A stretch of DNA of 24,000 nucleotides from Kitasatospora sp. NPDC051702 (GTDB lineage: Bacteria > Actinomycetota > Actinomycetes > Streptomycetales > Streptomycetaceae), in NCBI RefSeq assembly GCF_040681575.1, contig NZ_JBFAZB010000004.1, forward strand, positions 38,671 through 62,670, given 5' to 3'. Below the pieces are notes generated by a model. That model saw only the letters and a list, made by a program, of their open reading frames with translations, made no database searches and was not told the DNA's origin. Positions 16,409 to 23,639 of the stretch are shown piece after piece. The position numbers and the translations under genes are program-made. Every line of letters starts with the position of its first letter. The stretch's first letter is position 1.

Positions 16409-17179
16409 CTACCGTTCTGCCGACGGAAGGACGGGGGAGCAGGAGCGGCCCGCGTCCAGGGCCCGGCCGCAGAGCGAGCACCAGTCGAAGGGGGCGGTGG
16501 TGAGTGCGGGGACTGCGGCCCGCAGGGCGGATTCGGCTCGGTCGAGACCCGCGCCGTCCCGTGCGAAGCAGCGCACGATCCAGGTGTCACGGAGTGTCCG
16601 CGGCCTCCACCAGCTGTAGAGCTCCAGGTGGAAGGCCCACCTGCCGTCGAACCACCACGTGTCGGCGGGGCCGGTCGCCTCCGGTACGCGAGGTGGCAGG
16701 TGTTCCTCGGCGACGCGCGGGGCCACTCCGAGGCCGGTGGTGGTCCGCAGGACGAGGTGCGGCCACCGGTACACGCTCGCCAACAGGGCGTCGGCCTCCA
16801 GCCGCTGCTCGACGCTGCTGTTGAGCACCCTGTGCGCCAACCCCGGCACCGGTATCGCGGTGCGGCCGTCCGCGAGGACGTCCACCCGGACGGTCCCGGG
16901 GCCGTCGAGGATTCCGGGGAAGGCCCAGCCGTGGGACGTCCAGTGGGCGGACGGAACCCCGTCCAGACCGTACTCGTCGGGGTTGCCGCCCCGCGCTGAG
17001 TAGAACAGGCCGCCGTAGCGTTCCTCGAACCGGACCATCGCGTCCACGATCGAGGTCTCCGCGGGATGCTCGAAGCCGGCGTCGTCGACGGTCGTCGTCT
17101 CCTGCCTGATCCGGTCGGCAGACATCGGCGTATGCCGCCGTGCACGTGGCTCGAGGAAGCTGCGGAGCCGGGGCGACAC
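16409..17179 (-). CDS. Hypothetical protein (256 aa)
   Basis: Composition is protein-like and GC3 is high (checked codon by codon). The co-located ORF 16258..17454 is an R/P/S-rich shadow. Trp is frequent (WWFDGRWAFHLELYSWW) and the C-terminus has a Cys cluster (FDWCSLCGRALDAGRSC). The start is ambiguous between GTG 17179 and ATG 17125. Confidence 0.6.
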   Translation of the reverse strand: MSPRLRSFLEPRARRHTPMSADRIRQETTTVDDAGFEHPAETSIVDAMVRFEERYGGLFYSARGGNPDEYGLDGVPSAHWTSHGWAFPGILDGPGTVRVDVLADGRTAIPVPGLAHRVLNSSVEQRLEADALLASVYRWPHLVLRTTTGLGVAPRVAEEHLPPRVPEATGPADTWWFDGRWAFHLELYSWWRPRTLRDTWIVRCFARDGAGLDRAESALRAAVPALTTAPFDWCSLCGRALDAGRSCSPVLPSAER

Positions 17180-17261
17180 AGTGGGGTCGTCAAGAATGTG
17201 TATGCCGCACAGGGTACGCCGCCCACGCCCAGTGAGTCCGTGGAATCGGCCGTCCAGGAGT

Positions 17262-17286
17262 GGGAAGTCGGCGAGGACGACTTCCC
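17262..17286 (+). repeat. Palindromic element copy 4 (GGGAAGTCGGCGAGGACGACTTCCC)
   Basis: It has a 9-bp stem with a changed loop, GCGAGGA. The 5' flank is CCAGGAGT. It lies 27 nt downstream of the DUF397 stop (17313, -) and upstream of the 16409..17179 gene. Confidence 0.85.
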
Positions 17287-17312
17287 ACGTCGAGCACCGG
17301 GAGTTGTTCGGG

Positions 17313-17516
17313 CTACGCGTCGAACTCGCCCGCGCGGACGGCGGTGACGAAGGACTGCCAGGCGGAGGAGTGGAAGAGGAGGGCGGGGCCCTCGGGGTCC
17401 TTGGAGTCCCGGACGGGCATCACGCCGGGGAAGCCGTCGGCGACTTCGATGCACTGGCCGCCGCCACTGCTGTGCGAGCTCTTCCTCCAGCAGGCGCCAG
17501 TCAGTTCGACATCCAT
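17313..17516 (-). CDS. DUF397 domain protein (BldB-like)
   Basis: 67 aa reading WRKSSHSSGGGQCIEVA...VRDSKDPEGPALLF...W..F..AVRAGEF, the canonical DUF397 signature. Its start overlaps the stop of the upstream XRE gene by 16 nt. Confidence 0.9.
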   Translation of the reverse strand: MDVELTGACWRKSSHSSGGGQCIEVADGFPGVMPVRDSKDPEGPALLFHSSAWQSFVTAVRAGEFDA

Positions 17517-18340
17517 TCGAGCTTCCTCCGTACCGAGCGGATCATGGCGAGTGAGTCGGCCTGGTTCATGGCCTCGACCACAAGCCGATCGTAGCTCCTG
17601 TCCAACTCCCTGGTCAGCGGAGAATTCCGCTCGATGTATCCACGGTGCTCAGTTTCCAGATATGTAAGCATTTTTTGATTCGGCATGGTAAGAAGCGTCA
17701 CTGGACGAATGAACGGCCGGTTCTCGCCCAAGGAGAACGGGGCGATCTGGATGACGACGTTCGGCCGGGCGGCATACTCTGCGAGGTGGTTCAGCTGCTC
17801 CACCATGACCTCCTGGCCGCCGATGACGCGGCTGAGGCAGCTCTCGTCGAGTACCGCGTGCAGGAACGGTGGTGGTGTGCGGTCGAGGATCTGTTGCCGG
17901 GATACTCGGAACTGCACGCGTTCCTCGGCCTGTTCCGGAGTTGTGCTGCCTTGCCGCACATATCCGGCCTCGATTGCGGCCGCATAGGCTCGGGTCTGTA
18001 GAAGTCCGGGGATGACGCTGATCTCGAAGAGCTTGATCTGCTCCGCGCGCGTCTCGTAGTTGGCGTACTCCGGAAAGCCCTCCAACAACGCCGTGTGCTT
18101 GAGCTGCCAGTACATCAGGACCAGCGTGCCGCCGGTCTTCAGCTCCTGGTCGGCGAGTTCCGCCAGCTTCAGGCTCGGCGGCCGCTGCGCAAGTTCGACG
18201 TAGGAGAGGTGGGAGGCGGTGCAGTCCACCTTCTTCGACAGCTGGAGCTGGGTGAGCCCAGCGGCCTCTCGCGACCTGCGGAGTTGGACTCCGAAGGCAG
18301 CCCACGGGGATGACGTCGGGTCGATGGTCTTCTTGTTCAT
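17501..18340 (-). CDS. XRE-family HTH regulator with DUF5753-type C-terminal domain (WhiJ / Scr1-like)
   Basis: Within ORF 17501..18352, with the start at ATG 18340 (MNKKTIDP). The HTH is FGVQLRRSREAAGLTQLQLSKKVDCTASHLSYVE. The C-terminal part reads PGLLQTRAYA...LDESCL.R.IGG..VM.EQL..L. The gene is clearly lower in GC than its surroundings. Confidence 0.88.
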   Translation of the reverse strand: MNKKTIDPTSSPWAAFGVQLRRSREAAGLTQLQLSKKVDCTASHLSYVELAQRPPSLKLAELADQELKTGGTLVLMYWQLKHTALLEGFPEYANYETRAEQIKLFEISVIPGLLQTRAYAAAIEAGYVRQGSTTPEQAEERVQFRVSRQQILDRTPPPFLHAVLDESCLSRVIGGQEVMVEQLNHLAEYAARPNVVIQIAPFSLGENRPFIRPVTLLTMPNQKMLTYLETEHRGYIERNSPLTRELDRSYDRLVVEAMNQADSLAMIRSVRRKLEWMSN

Positions 18341-18380
18341 GGCAACCCCCAACTCGCGGCCGGCCCACCGGCAAGTCGCA

Positions 18381-18433
18381 TTTCACTTCCGATGCTAGGC
18401 GACCCAGGGCCACCATGTGCACGGAACGTGAAA
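18381..18433. promoter_or_regulatory. Inverted repeat in the divergent XRE / small-ORF control region
   Basis: TTTCACTTCCG (18381-18391) and CGGAACGTGAAA (18422-18433) are reverse complements apart from one inserted G. They are 30 nt apart and lie between the starts at 18340 (-) and 18460 (+). Confidence 0.4.
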
Positions 18434-18459
18434 GAACGATCGCGGAGGGTTCCGTCCTC

Positions 18460-18657
18460 ATGGCTCATGACCAAGCGCCCGAGCTCCACGGCTACGGGGT
18501 CCGGTGGGACCCCGAGGGGCGGTGCTACCGGGTGCGCAACGAGCGGGTGGGGGAGTGGCTGCGCCAACCCTCCGGGGAGCTCAGCGGGTTCACGTCCTTC
18601 GACGCGGCGTTCAGCGCGTGGCGGCAGTTCGAGCCGCCGCGCCCCCTGGGGGCGTGA
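18460..18657 (+). CDS. Small hypothetical protein (65 aa)
   Basis: Within ORF 18310..18657. ATG 18460 is preceded by GGAGGG (18444-18449). The sequence is MAHDQAPELHGYGVRWDPEGRCYRVRNERVGEWLRQPSGELSGFTSFDAAFSAWRQFE. Confidence 0.55.
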   Translation: MAHDQAPELHGYGVRWDPEGRCYRVRNERVGEWLRQPSGELSGFTSFDAAFSAWRQFEPPRPLGA

Positions 18658-18905
18658 TGGGATCCGCCCTGAACCGCGTGACCGCCGACCAGCGCCGCCA
18701 GGCCGCCGACGCCCTGGACGACCTGACCACCGTGCTCGCCCTGGGCGGGGTGACGCTGCCCTCCGTCGAGGTGGACTGGGAGTACGGGCACCGCACCGGC
18801 TGCTACCTGATCGGCCTCGGATCCGCCCGGGCGCCCGAGGTGCTGCGCATCGTCGACCTGCTCCGCAAGGGGCTGCGCTACGAGCGCCTGACGTATGACG
18901 ACTGA
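18657..18905 (+). CDS. Small hypothetical protein (82 aa), translationally coupled to the preceding ORF
   Basis: Within ORF 18504..18905. ATG 18657 overlaps the upstream TGA (the sequence is TGATG). The protein reads MGSALNRVTADQRRQAADALDDLTTVLALGGVTLPSVEVDWEYGHRTGCYLIGLG... Confidence 0.55.
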   Translation: MGSALNRVTADQRRQAADALDDLTTVLALGGVTLPSVEVDWEYGHRTGCYLIGLGSARAPEVLRIVDLLRKGLRYERLTYDD

Positions 18906-19139
18906 CGATCTCCTCGCCCTGAGGAAGGACCCCTGATACGCGATCCCCGTTGCTGACCGTGCCGGACGAGTGGGAGGGCACTACGGTGGCGGGGCAGGGC
19001 GGTGATGCGGTCGGTGGTGACGGTGCCGCCGTCGAGAACGAGGACGAGGACGGGGACGCGCGAGGACGAAACGGCACACGGGCGGCCCGGCGAGAAGGCC
19101 ACCTGCGACGTGATCGGGCCCCCACCGCGTTAGACAGAC

Positions 19140-19673
19140 ATGCACCGCACAACCACGAAGAGCCCGGAGCCGGGCGGCGAACCGCTCGACTTCCGGGAGT
19201 TCGCCGCGGCACGGGGGCGCCACCTGGTCAGGACCGCCTTCCTGCTCACCGGCGGCGACGCACACCTCGCCGAGGACCTCGCCCAGGAGGCCCTCGGCAA
19301 GCTGTACGGCAAATGGCGCCGCATAGCGCGCCTGGACAACCCCGCCGGGTACGCCCAGACCGTCCTGGTGAACGCCTTCCTCTCCCACCGCCGCCGGCGC
19401 AGCAGCGCCGAGCACGTGACCGACACCTTCGCCGAAGCCGCCGTCAGCGACCCCGACCCCGCCCTGCGGGTCACCCTGCTGCGCGCGCTGGGCGAACTGC
19501 CCGCCCACGACCGGGCGGTCCTGGTCCTGCGCTTCTGGGAGGACCGCAGCGTCGAGGAGACCGCCGCGGCGCTGCGCATCAGCGTCAGCGCCGTGCGCTC
19601 GCGCAGCGCCCGGGCCCTGACCAGGCTGCGCGCCGTCCTGGGCGCCGAGCTGGACGACCTCGCCCGCTCCTGA
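19140..19673 (+). CDS. ECF (SigE-family) RNA polymerase sigma-70 factor
   Basis: 177 aa. Region 2 reads FREFAAARGRHLVRTAFLLTGGDAHLAEDLAQEAL.KLY..W.R..NPAGYAQTVLVNAFLSHRRR. Region 4 reads LPAHDRAVLVLRFWEDRSVEETAAALRISVSAVRSRSARAL. No Shine-Dalgarno sequence precedes ATG 19140. Confidence 0.9.
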   Translation: MHRTTTKSPEPGGEPLDFREFAAARGRHLVRTAFLLTGGDAHLAEDLAQEALGKLYGKWRRIARLDNPAGYAQTVLVNAFLSHRRRRSSAEHVTDTFAEAAVSDPDPALRVTLLRALGELPAHDRAVLVLRFWEDRSVEETAAALRISVSAVRSRSARALTRLRAVLGAELDDLARS

Positions 19674-19791
19674 GCACCCACCTGCTCCCGAGCGCCCGCT
19701 CCCGAGCACCCGCCCGCTCCTGACGAGCGGACCCCCGGGCTCGGACCGACCGCCCGGGCACCCACCACCGACGAGGAAGCGGAGTACCGGC

Positions 19792-21042
19792 ATGTCCCTT
19801 GACGCGCACGACGAACAGCTCGCCCGGATCCTCCGGGACGCGGCCGACCTGGCTCCGGACCCGCCCGGCGCGCTGCTGGCCGACGGCGCCGAGCGGCGCT
19901 GGCGCCGGGCCCGGCGCCGGAAGGCGGCGCTGGCCGGCAGCGCGGGCGTGGTGGCGCTGGCCGCCGTGGCCGCGGTGGCGCTGCGGCCCTGGGCGGCGCC
20001 GACCGACATCGCCCCCGCCGCGCCCGCCGGCGGCTGGCCCGAGCGGATCACCGCCGCGTTCATGGCGGACACCCTCACCGCGGTGCTGCCGCCCGGCCAG
20101 GTCACCGCCGCGGGCGGCAGCGGAAGCAACGACGGGCCGGTGCCGGGGCTGGCGCCGACGGCGCACCTGATCTACGACGACGGTCACGGCGCCGGGATGG
20201 TGACCCTGTCCGTGAACCGGGCCACCCTGCCGATCCGCGCCTCGACGTGGGGCACCGAGTGCCCCGACCCGGTCGAGGCGCCGACCGAGGCGTGCGAGCG
20301 GACGGTGCGCCCGGACGGCTCGATCGTGGTGGTCGCCAAGCTGAAGCCCGTCGAACCGATGAAGGTGCGCAAGTGGCAGGCGACCTACACCGGTGCGGAC
20401 GGCCGGCAGGTGCAGATCTGGGAGGTCAACTCGACCAGCTTCGGTCCGCCGCTGAGCCGTGAGGAGCCGCCGCTGAGCGCCGACCAGCTCGTCGCGGCCG
20501 CCACCAGCAGCGCCTGGGACCCGCTCTTCGCCCAGCCCGGCAGCCCCGGCACGAGCCCGGCCGGCGCCGCCCAGGGCCGGACGCCGGAGCCCCAGGGCCC
20601 CGAACCGGAGCGCATCCTCGCCACCGTGGCGGGCGCGCTGCCGGCCGGCACGCGCACCGACAGCGGCGCGGCGCAGCACGTCCCGGGCCGGGCGCACGTC
20701 TCGGTCACGCTGGAGGGGCGCACCAGCATGCTGTCCGTCTCCGTGACGCCGGGCCCGGACACGGACGGCGGCGGGCGCGCGGGCTTCGAGGCGGATGCCG
20801 AGCCGGGGGCGCTGTCGCACACCGCCGACGGGTCGAGCGTGCTGGTGCGCGAGAGCGGTGCGACGAAGTCGGGCGGCGGGCCGACGGTGCTGTGGAGCGT
20901 GGAGGTGCGGCAGGCCGACGGGACGCGGGTGCGGGTGTCGCAGTGGAACGGCGCCGACGAGACCCAGATGACGCCCGGAAAACCGGCCCTGACGACCGAT
21001 CAGCTCAAGGCCGTCGCCACCGCCCCCGGCTGGCGGCACTGA
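19792..21042 (+). CDS. Membrane-anchored protein downstream of the ECF sigma (possible anti-sigma / sensor) with a duplicated extracytoplasmic domain
   Basis: 416 aa. GAGGAAGCGGAG lies upstream of the ATG. A short cytoplasmic N-terminus is followed by RRWRRARRRK and one TM segment (AALAGSAGVVALAAVAAVAL). Two homologous modules follow, each starting PERI(T/L)A and ending L(S/T)xDQLxAxAT..W. Confidence 0.7.
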   Translation: MSLDAHDEQLARILRDAADLAPDPPGALLADGAERRWRRARRRKAALAGSAGVVALAAVAAVALRPWAAPTDIAPAAPAGGWPERITAAFMADTLTAVLPPGQVTAAGGSGSNDGPVPGLAPTAHLIYDDGHGAGMVTLSVNRATLPIRASTWGTECPDPVEAPTEACERTVRPDGSIVVVAKLKPVEPMKVRKWQATYTGADGRQVQIWEVNSTSFGPPLSREEPPLSADQLVAAATSSAWDPLFAQPGSPGTSPAGAAQGRTPEPQGPEPERILATVAGALPAGTRTDSGAAQHVPGRAHVSVTLEGRTSMLSVSVTPGPDTDGGGRAGFEADAEPGALSHTADGSSVLVRESGATKSGGGPTVLWSVEVRQADGTRVRVSQWNGADETQMTPGKPALTTDQLKAVATAPGWRH

Positions 21043-21130
21043 GGGCGCCGCGCCGGGCCCACCCGGGCCCGGCCGCGCGCCGGTGGACCGACCGTGCGCC
21101 GGCGACGGTGAACCGGGCCCCGGGCGGGGG

Positions 21131-21160
21131 GTGAACCCGCCCGCGCGGTGGGCACGTTCG
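21131..21160 (+). promoter_or_regulatory. ECF-type promoter-like motif upstream of the PI-PLC gene
   Basis: GGTGAACC (21131-21138), then 17 nt, then CGTTC (21156-21160). This fits the general ECF pattern of a -35 GAAC and a -10 CGT. It lies 54 nt upstream of ATG 21214. A second GGTGAACC sits at 21108-21115. Confidence 0.35.
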
Positions 21161-21213
21161 CAGGAGAGGGGCGCGCAACGCGCCGCCGAACGGAAGGCCG
21201 AAGGAGCCACACC

Positions 21214-22176
21214 ATGGGCATAGCACGTCGTGACCTTCTCAGGTGGAGCGCGGGAGTCGGCGGTGCGGCGGCCGTCGCCGGCCTCGGCGGCCTGGCCCTG
21301 CCCTCCACCGCCTGGGCCGGCGCCCGGACCACCCCGCGCGGGATGCCGACCGACAGCTGGATGCGCTACATCAAGGACGGCGTGCCCCTGCGCAGCCTCA
21401 CGATCCCGGGCACCCACGACTCCTGCTGCGAGAACCCCAACTACGGCACCGAGTGGTCGCACACCCAGAACTGGGGCATCACCCAGCAGTTGCAGGAGGG
21501 CATCCGCTTCCTCGACATCCGCTGCAACGGCCTGCAGGGCGCGCCCAACGAGCTCGGGATCTACCACTCCAACGCCTACCAGTACATCCGGCTCCAGGAC
21601 GTGCTCAACCAGTGCCGCTCCTTCCTGCAGGCGCACCCGTCCGAGACCGTCGTGATGCGGCTGAAGAACGAGAACGCCGGCGGCCAGGCGCTCGACGAGG
21701 TCGAGTTCCGCCGGCGGGTCAACTACTACTTCAACGAACTGGGCTTCCGCAGCCTGTTCCACTTCTACGGCTGGCCCACGATCGACGCCGCCCGCGGGAA
21801 GGTCGTGCTGCTCGCCGACTTCGCCAACGACTGGGGCCTGATCAACTGGTCCAGCAGTCAGAACAGTTACTTCGACACCCAGGACGTCTGGCAGATCGAC
21901 GAGACCTTCCCGCTGGTCAAGAAGGGGAAGTACATCGTCGCCCAGTTCGACAAGGCCTTCCTGAACCCGGGCTCCTCGCAGATGTTCGTCAACTTCATCA
22001 GCTTCGCCAACGGCAACTGGCCCAAGAGCAACGCACAGACCCTGATGGACCAGACCGTCTACCCGTACCTGAAGGCCCGCACCGAGCAGCGGGCCCGGTT
22101 CGGCATCGTCCCGATGGACTTCCCGGACTTCCACGTCAACGTGCTGCACATGCTGATCGACAAGAACTTCGTCTAG
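21214..22176 (+). CDS. Phosphatidylinositol-specific phospholipase C (PI-PLC X-domain), Tat-secreted
   Basis: Within ORF 21148..22176. ATG 21214 follows AAGGAG (21201-21206). The Tat signal is MGIARRDLLRWSAGVGGAAAVAGLGGLALPSTAWA. The catalytic motifs are LTIPGTHDS and GIRFLDIRC. Confidence 0.85.
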   Translation: MGIARRDLLRWSAGVGGAAAVAGLGGLALPSTAWAGARTTPRGMPTDSWMRYIKDGVPLRSLTIPGTHDSCCENPNYGTEWSHTQNWGITQQLQEGIRFLDIRCNGLQGAPNELGIYHSNAYQYIRLQDVLNQCRSFLQAHPSETVVMRLKNENAGGQALDEVEFRRRVNYYFNELGFRSLFHFYGWPTIDAARGKVVLLADFANDWGLINWSSSQNSYFDTQDVWQIDETFPLVKKGKYIVAQFDKAFLNPGSSQMFVNFISFANGNWPKSNAQTLMDQTVYPYLKARTEQRARFGIVPMDFPDFHVNVLHMLIDKNFV

Positions 22177-22209
22177 CACGCGCCGGCCCCCGGCGGGCCC
22201 GGCGGTGGT

Positions 22210-22226
22210 CCCCTCCGGGGGAGGGG
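22210..22226. terminator. Hairpin between the convergent PI-PLC and ATPase genes
   Basis: CCCCTCC (22210-22216), GGG, GGAGGGG (22220-22226). Confidence 0.35.
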
Positions 22227-22260
22227 GGCCGCCGTCTCTCCACGGGGAATTGGCGTTTCG

Positions 22261-22821
22261 TCACATTCCGGGAGTGGCGGCGGGTGCGGCGAACGCGGCG
22301 ACGTCCGCCAGCGACGGGTGGTAGCCGTCGGTGGTGTCCACGCACAGCCGGGGCACCGGCAGTGACAGGGGCGCGAAGTCGTCCAGCAGGTTGCCCGGCC
22401 CCGGCGGGGCCTCCAGCAGGGCGCGGTCCGCGTGCGCGGACCGGCCCGCCTGCCCGGCCCGTGCCGCCAGGCGGGCCCGGACCCGTGCGCGGGCCAGCGC
22501 CGGATCCACCCGGCAGTGCACGATCCGCAGCTCGGTCAGGCCGGTCAGCGGTGCCAGTCCGGGGCGCCACAGCCGGTCCTGGAACGCCGCCTCCGCCACC
22601 GCGCTCACCCCCGCGCGCACCAGAACCCCCAGCGCGTCGAAGAACGCCGCCCGCACCACCTCGTCCGGGTTCGAGGCCGCGGTCCCGGCGTGCACCAGGC
22701 CCTCCTTCACCTCGTCGCGGCACAGCGCCGGGCAGCCGACGGCCCGCGCCAGCGCGTGCGCCAGCGTCGTCTTCCCGCTGCCCGGCCCACCGCTGACCAC
22801 GATCAGCACCGCGTCCTCCAC
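22261..22821 (-). CDS. P-loop NTPase / AAA_33-type kinase-like ATPase
   Basis: Within ORF 22261..23061. The start must lie below the TetR stop (22893), so I choose GTG 22821 (VEDAVLIVVSGGPGSGKTTLAHALA, the Walker A motif). Confidence 0.7.
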   Translation of the reverse strand: MEDAVLIVVSGGPGSGKTTLAHALARAVGCPALCRDEVKEGLVHAGTAASNPDEVVRAAFFDALGVLVRAGVSAVAEAAFQDRLWRPGLAPLTGLTELRIVHCRVDPALARARVRARLAARAGQAGRSAHADRALLEAPPGPGNLLDDFAPLSLPVPRLCVDTTDGYHPSLADVAAFAAPAATPGM

Positions 22822-22836
22822 CTGCCGCCCGGACCC

Positions 22837-22869
22837 CGCCGAACCCTCGCCGAACCCTCGCCGAACCCC
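22837..22869. repeat. Three tandem 11-bp units (CGCCGAACCCT) in the TetR-ATPase intergenic spacer
   Basis: Read directly at 22837-47, 22848-58 and 22859-69, with the last unit ending in C. On the minus strand each unit reads AGGGTTCGGCG, which is Shine-Dalgarno-like. Confidence 0.85.
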
Positions 22870-22892
22870 ACCGTAGGCCCGCCGCGGGCAGG

Positions 22893-23618
22893 TCAGCCGG
22901 ATGCGGGCCGCAGGCCGTCCAGGAGCAGACCGAGGGCGAACGCGAAGCGGTCGTGCCCGGTGCCGGAGACCAGCTCGGCGGCATGGCGCCGGGTGTGCGG
23001 GAACTGTTCGGCGGGCAGTGCGCCGAAGCGCTCCAGCAGCTCCTCGGGGCCGAGCACCCATTCCTGGTCCTCGTGCCGGCGCCGCTGCCGGACCATCGAC
23101 TGCTCCAGGGCGTAGGCGCCGACGTAGAGGGACAGCGCGTCGCGGGCCCAGCCGGCCGTCCTCGGGTCGAGGCCGCCCGCCAGCAGGATCGCCAGGATCC
23201 CCTCGCCGACCCGCAGCGTCGCCAGGTTGGTCGGCACCACGGCCAGCGCGGCGCGCGAGACCCCGGGGTACGTCAGGTAGAGGTCGCGGATCTGGGTGTA
23301 CACCCCGACCAGCTGCCCGCGCCAGGCGCCCGGGTCCGGCGCGGGGACCACGACCTCGGCGTAGAGCCGGCCGACCAGCAGGTCGTCGAGGTCGTCCTTG
23401 TTGACGATGTGCGCGTACAGCGAGGACGGGCCGGTGCCGAGCACGGCGGCGACCCGACGGACGGTCAGCGCGTCGTACCCCTCGGTGGCGACGACCTCCA
23501 GCGCGGCGTCGGTGATCCGTTCGACGGTGATCGGCCTCTTGCGCGCCGGCGCCGCGGGGGCTTGCTCCGCGGGCTGGGCGTGGCGGGCCGCGCGGCGTCG
23601 GCGGGGATCGTCGGACAT
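22893..23618 (-). CDS. TetR/AcrR family transcriptional regulator
   Basis: Within ORF 22893..23627, with the start at ATG 23618. The HTH is ITVERITDAALEVVATEGYDALTVRRVAAVLGTGPSSLYAHIVNKDDL. Confidence 0.9.
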   Translation of the reverse strand: MSDDPRRRRAARHAQPAEQAPAAPARKRPITVERITDAALEVVATEGYDALTVRRVAAVLGTGPSSLYAHIVNKDDLDDLLVGRLYAEVVVPAPDPGAWRGQLVGVYTQIRDLYLTYPGVSRAALAVVPTNLATLRVGEGILAILLAGGLDPRTAGWARDALSLYVGAYALEQSMVRQRRRHEDQEWVLGPEELLERFGALPAEQFPHTRRHAAELVSGTGHDRFAFALGLLLDGLRPASG

Positions 23619-23639
23619 GCCGACCACTGTAGCTTGACG

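Noticed and set aside
12988-17286. The four palindromes as integron attC sites
   Set aside because: There are no R''/R' core sites of the RYYYAAC / GTTRRRY type, no intI integrase or attI nearby, and the cassette genes are in mixed orientations. The cassette-boundary idea is kept only as a generic hypothesis.
16258-17454. 398-aa minus-strand ORF overlapping 16409..17179 and the DUF397 gene
   Set aside because: Its translation is R/P/S/T-rich. The alternative frame (16409..17179) has balanced composition and strong GC3 bias, and the DUF397 signature occupies another frame at 17313..17516.
18906-19139. Autoregulatory ECF promoter upstream of the sigma gene
   Set aside because: A CGTTA sits just before the ATG, but the sequence at the expected -35 position (GCGACG) does not resemble the GAAC motif found upstream of the PI-PLC gene. 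It was not called as a feature.
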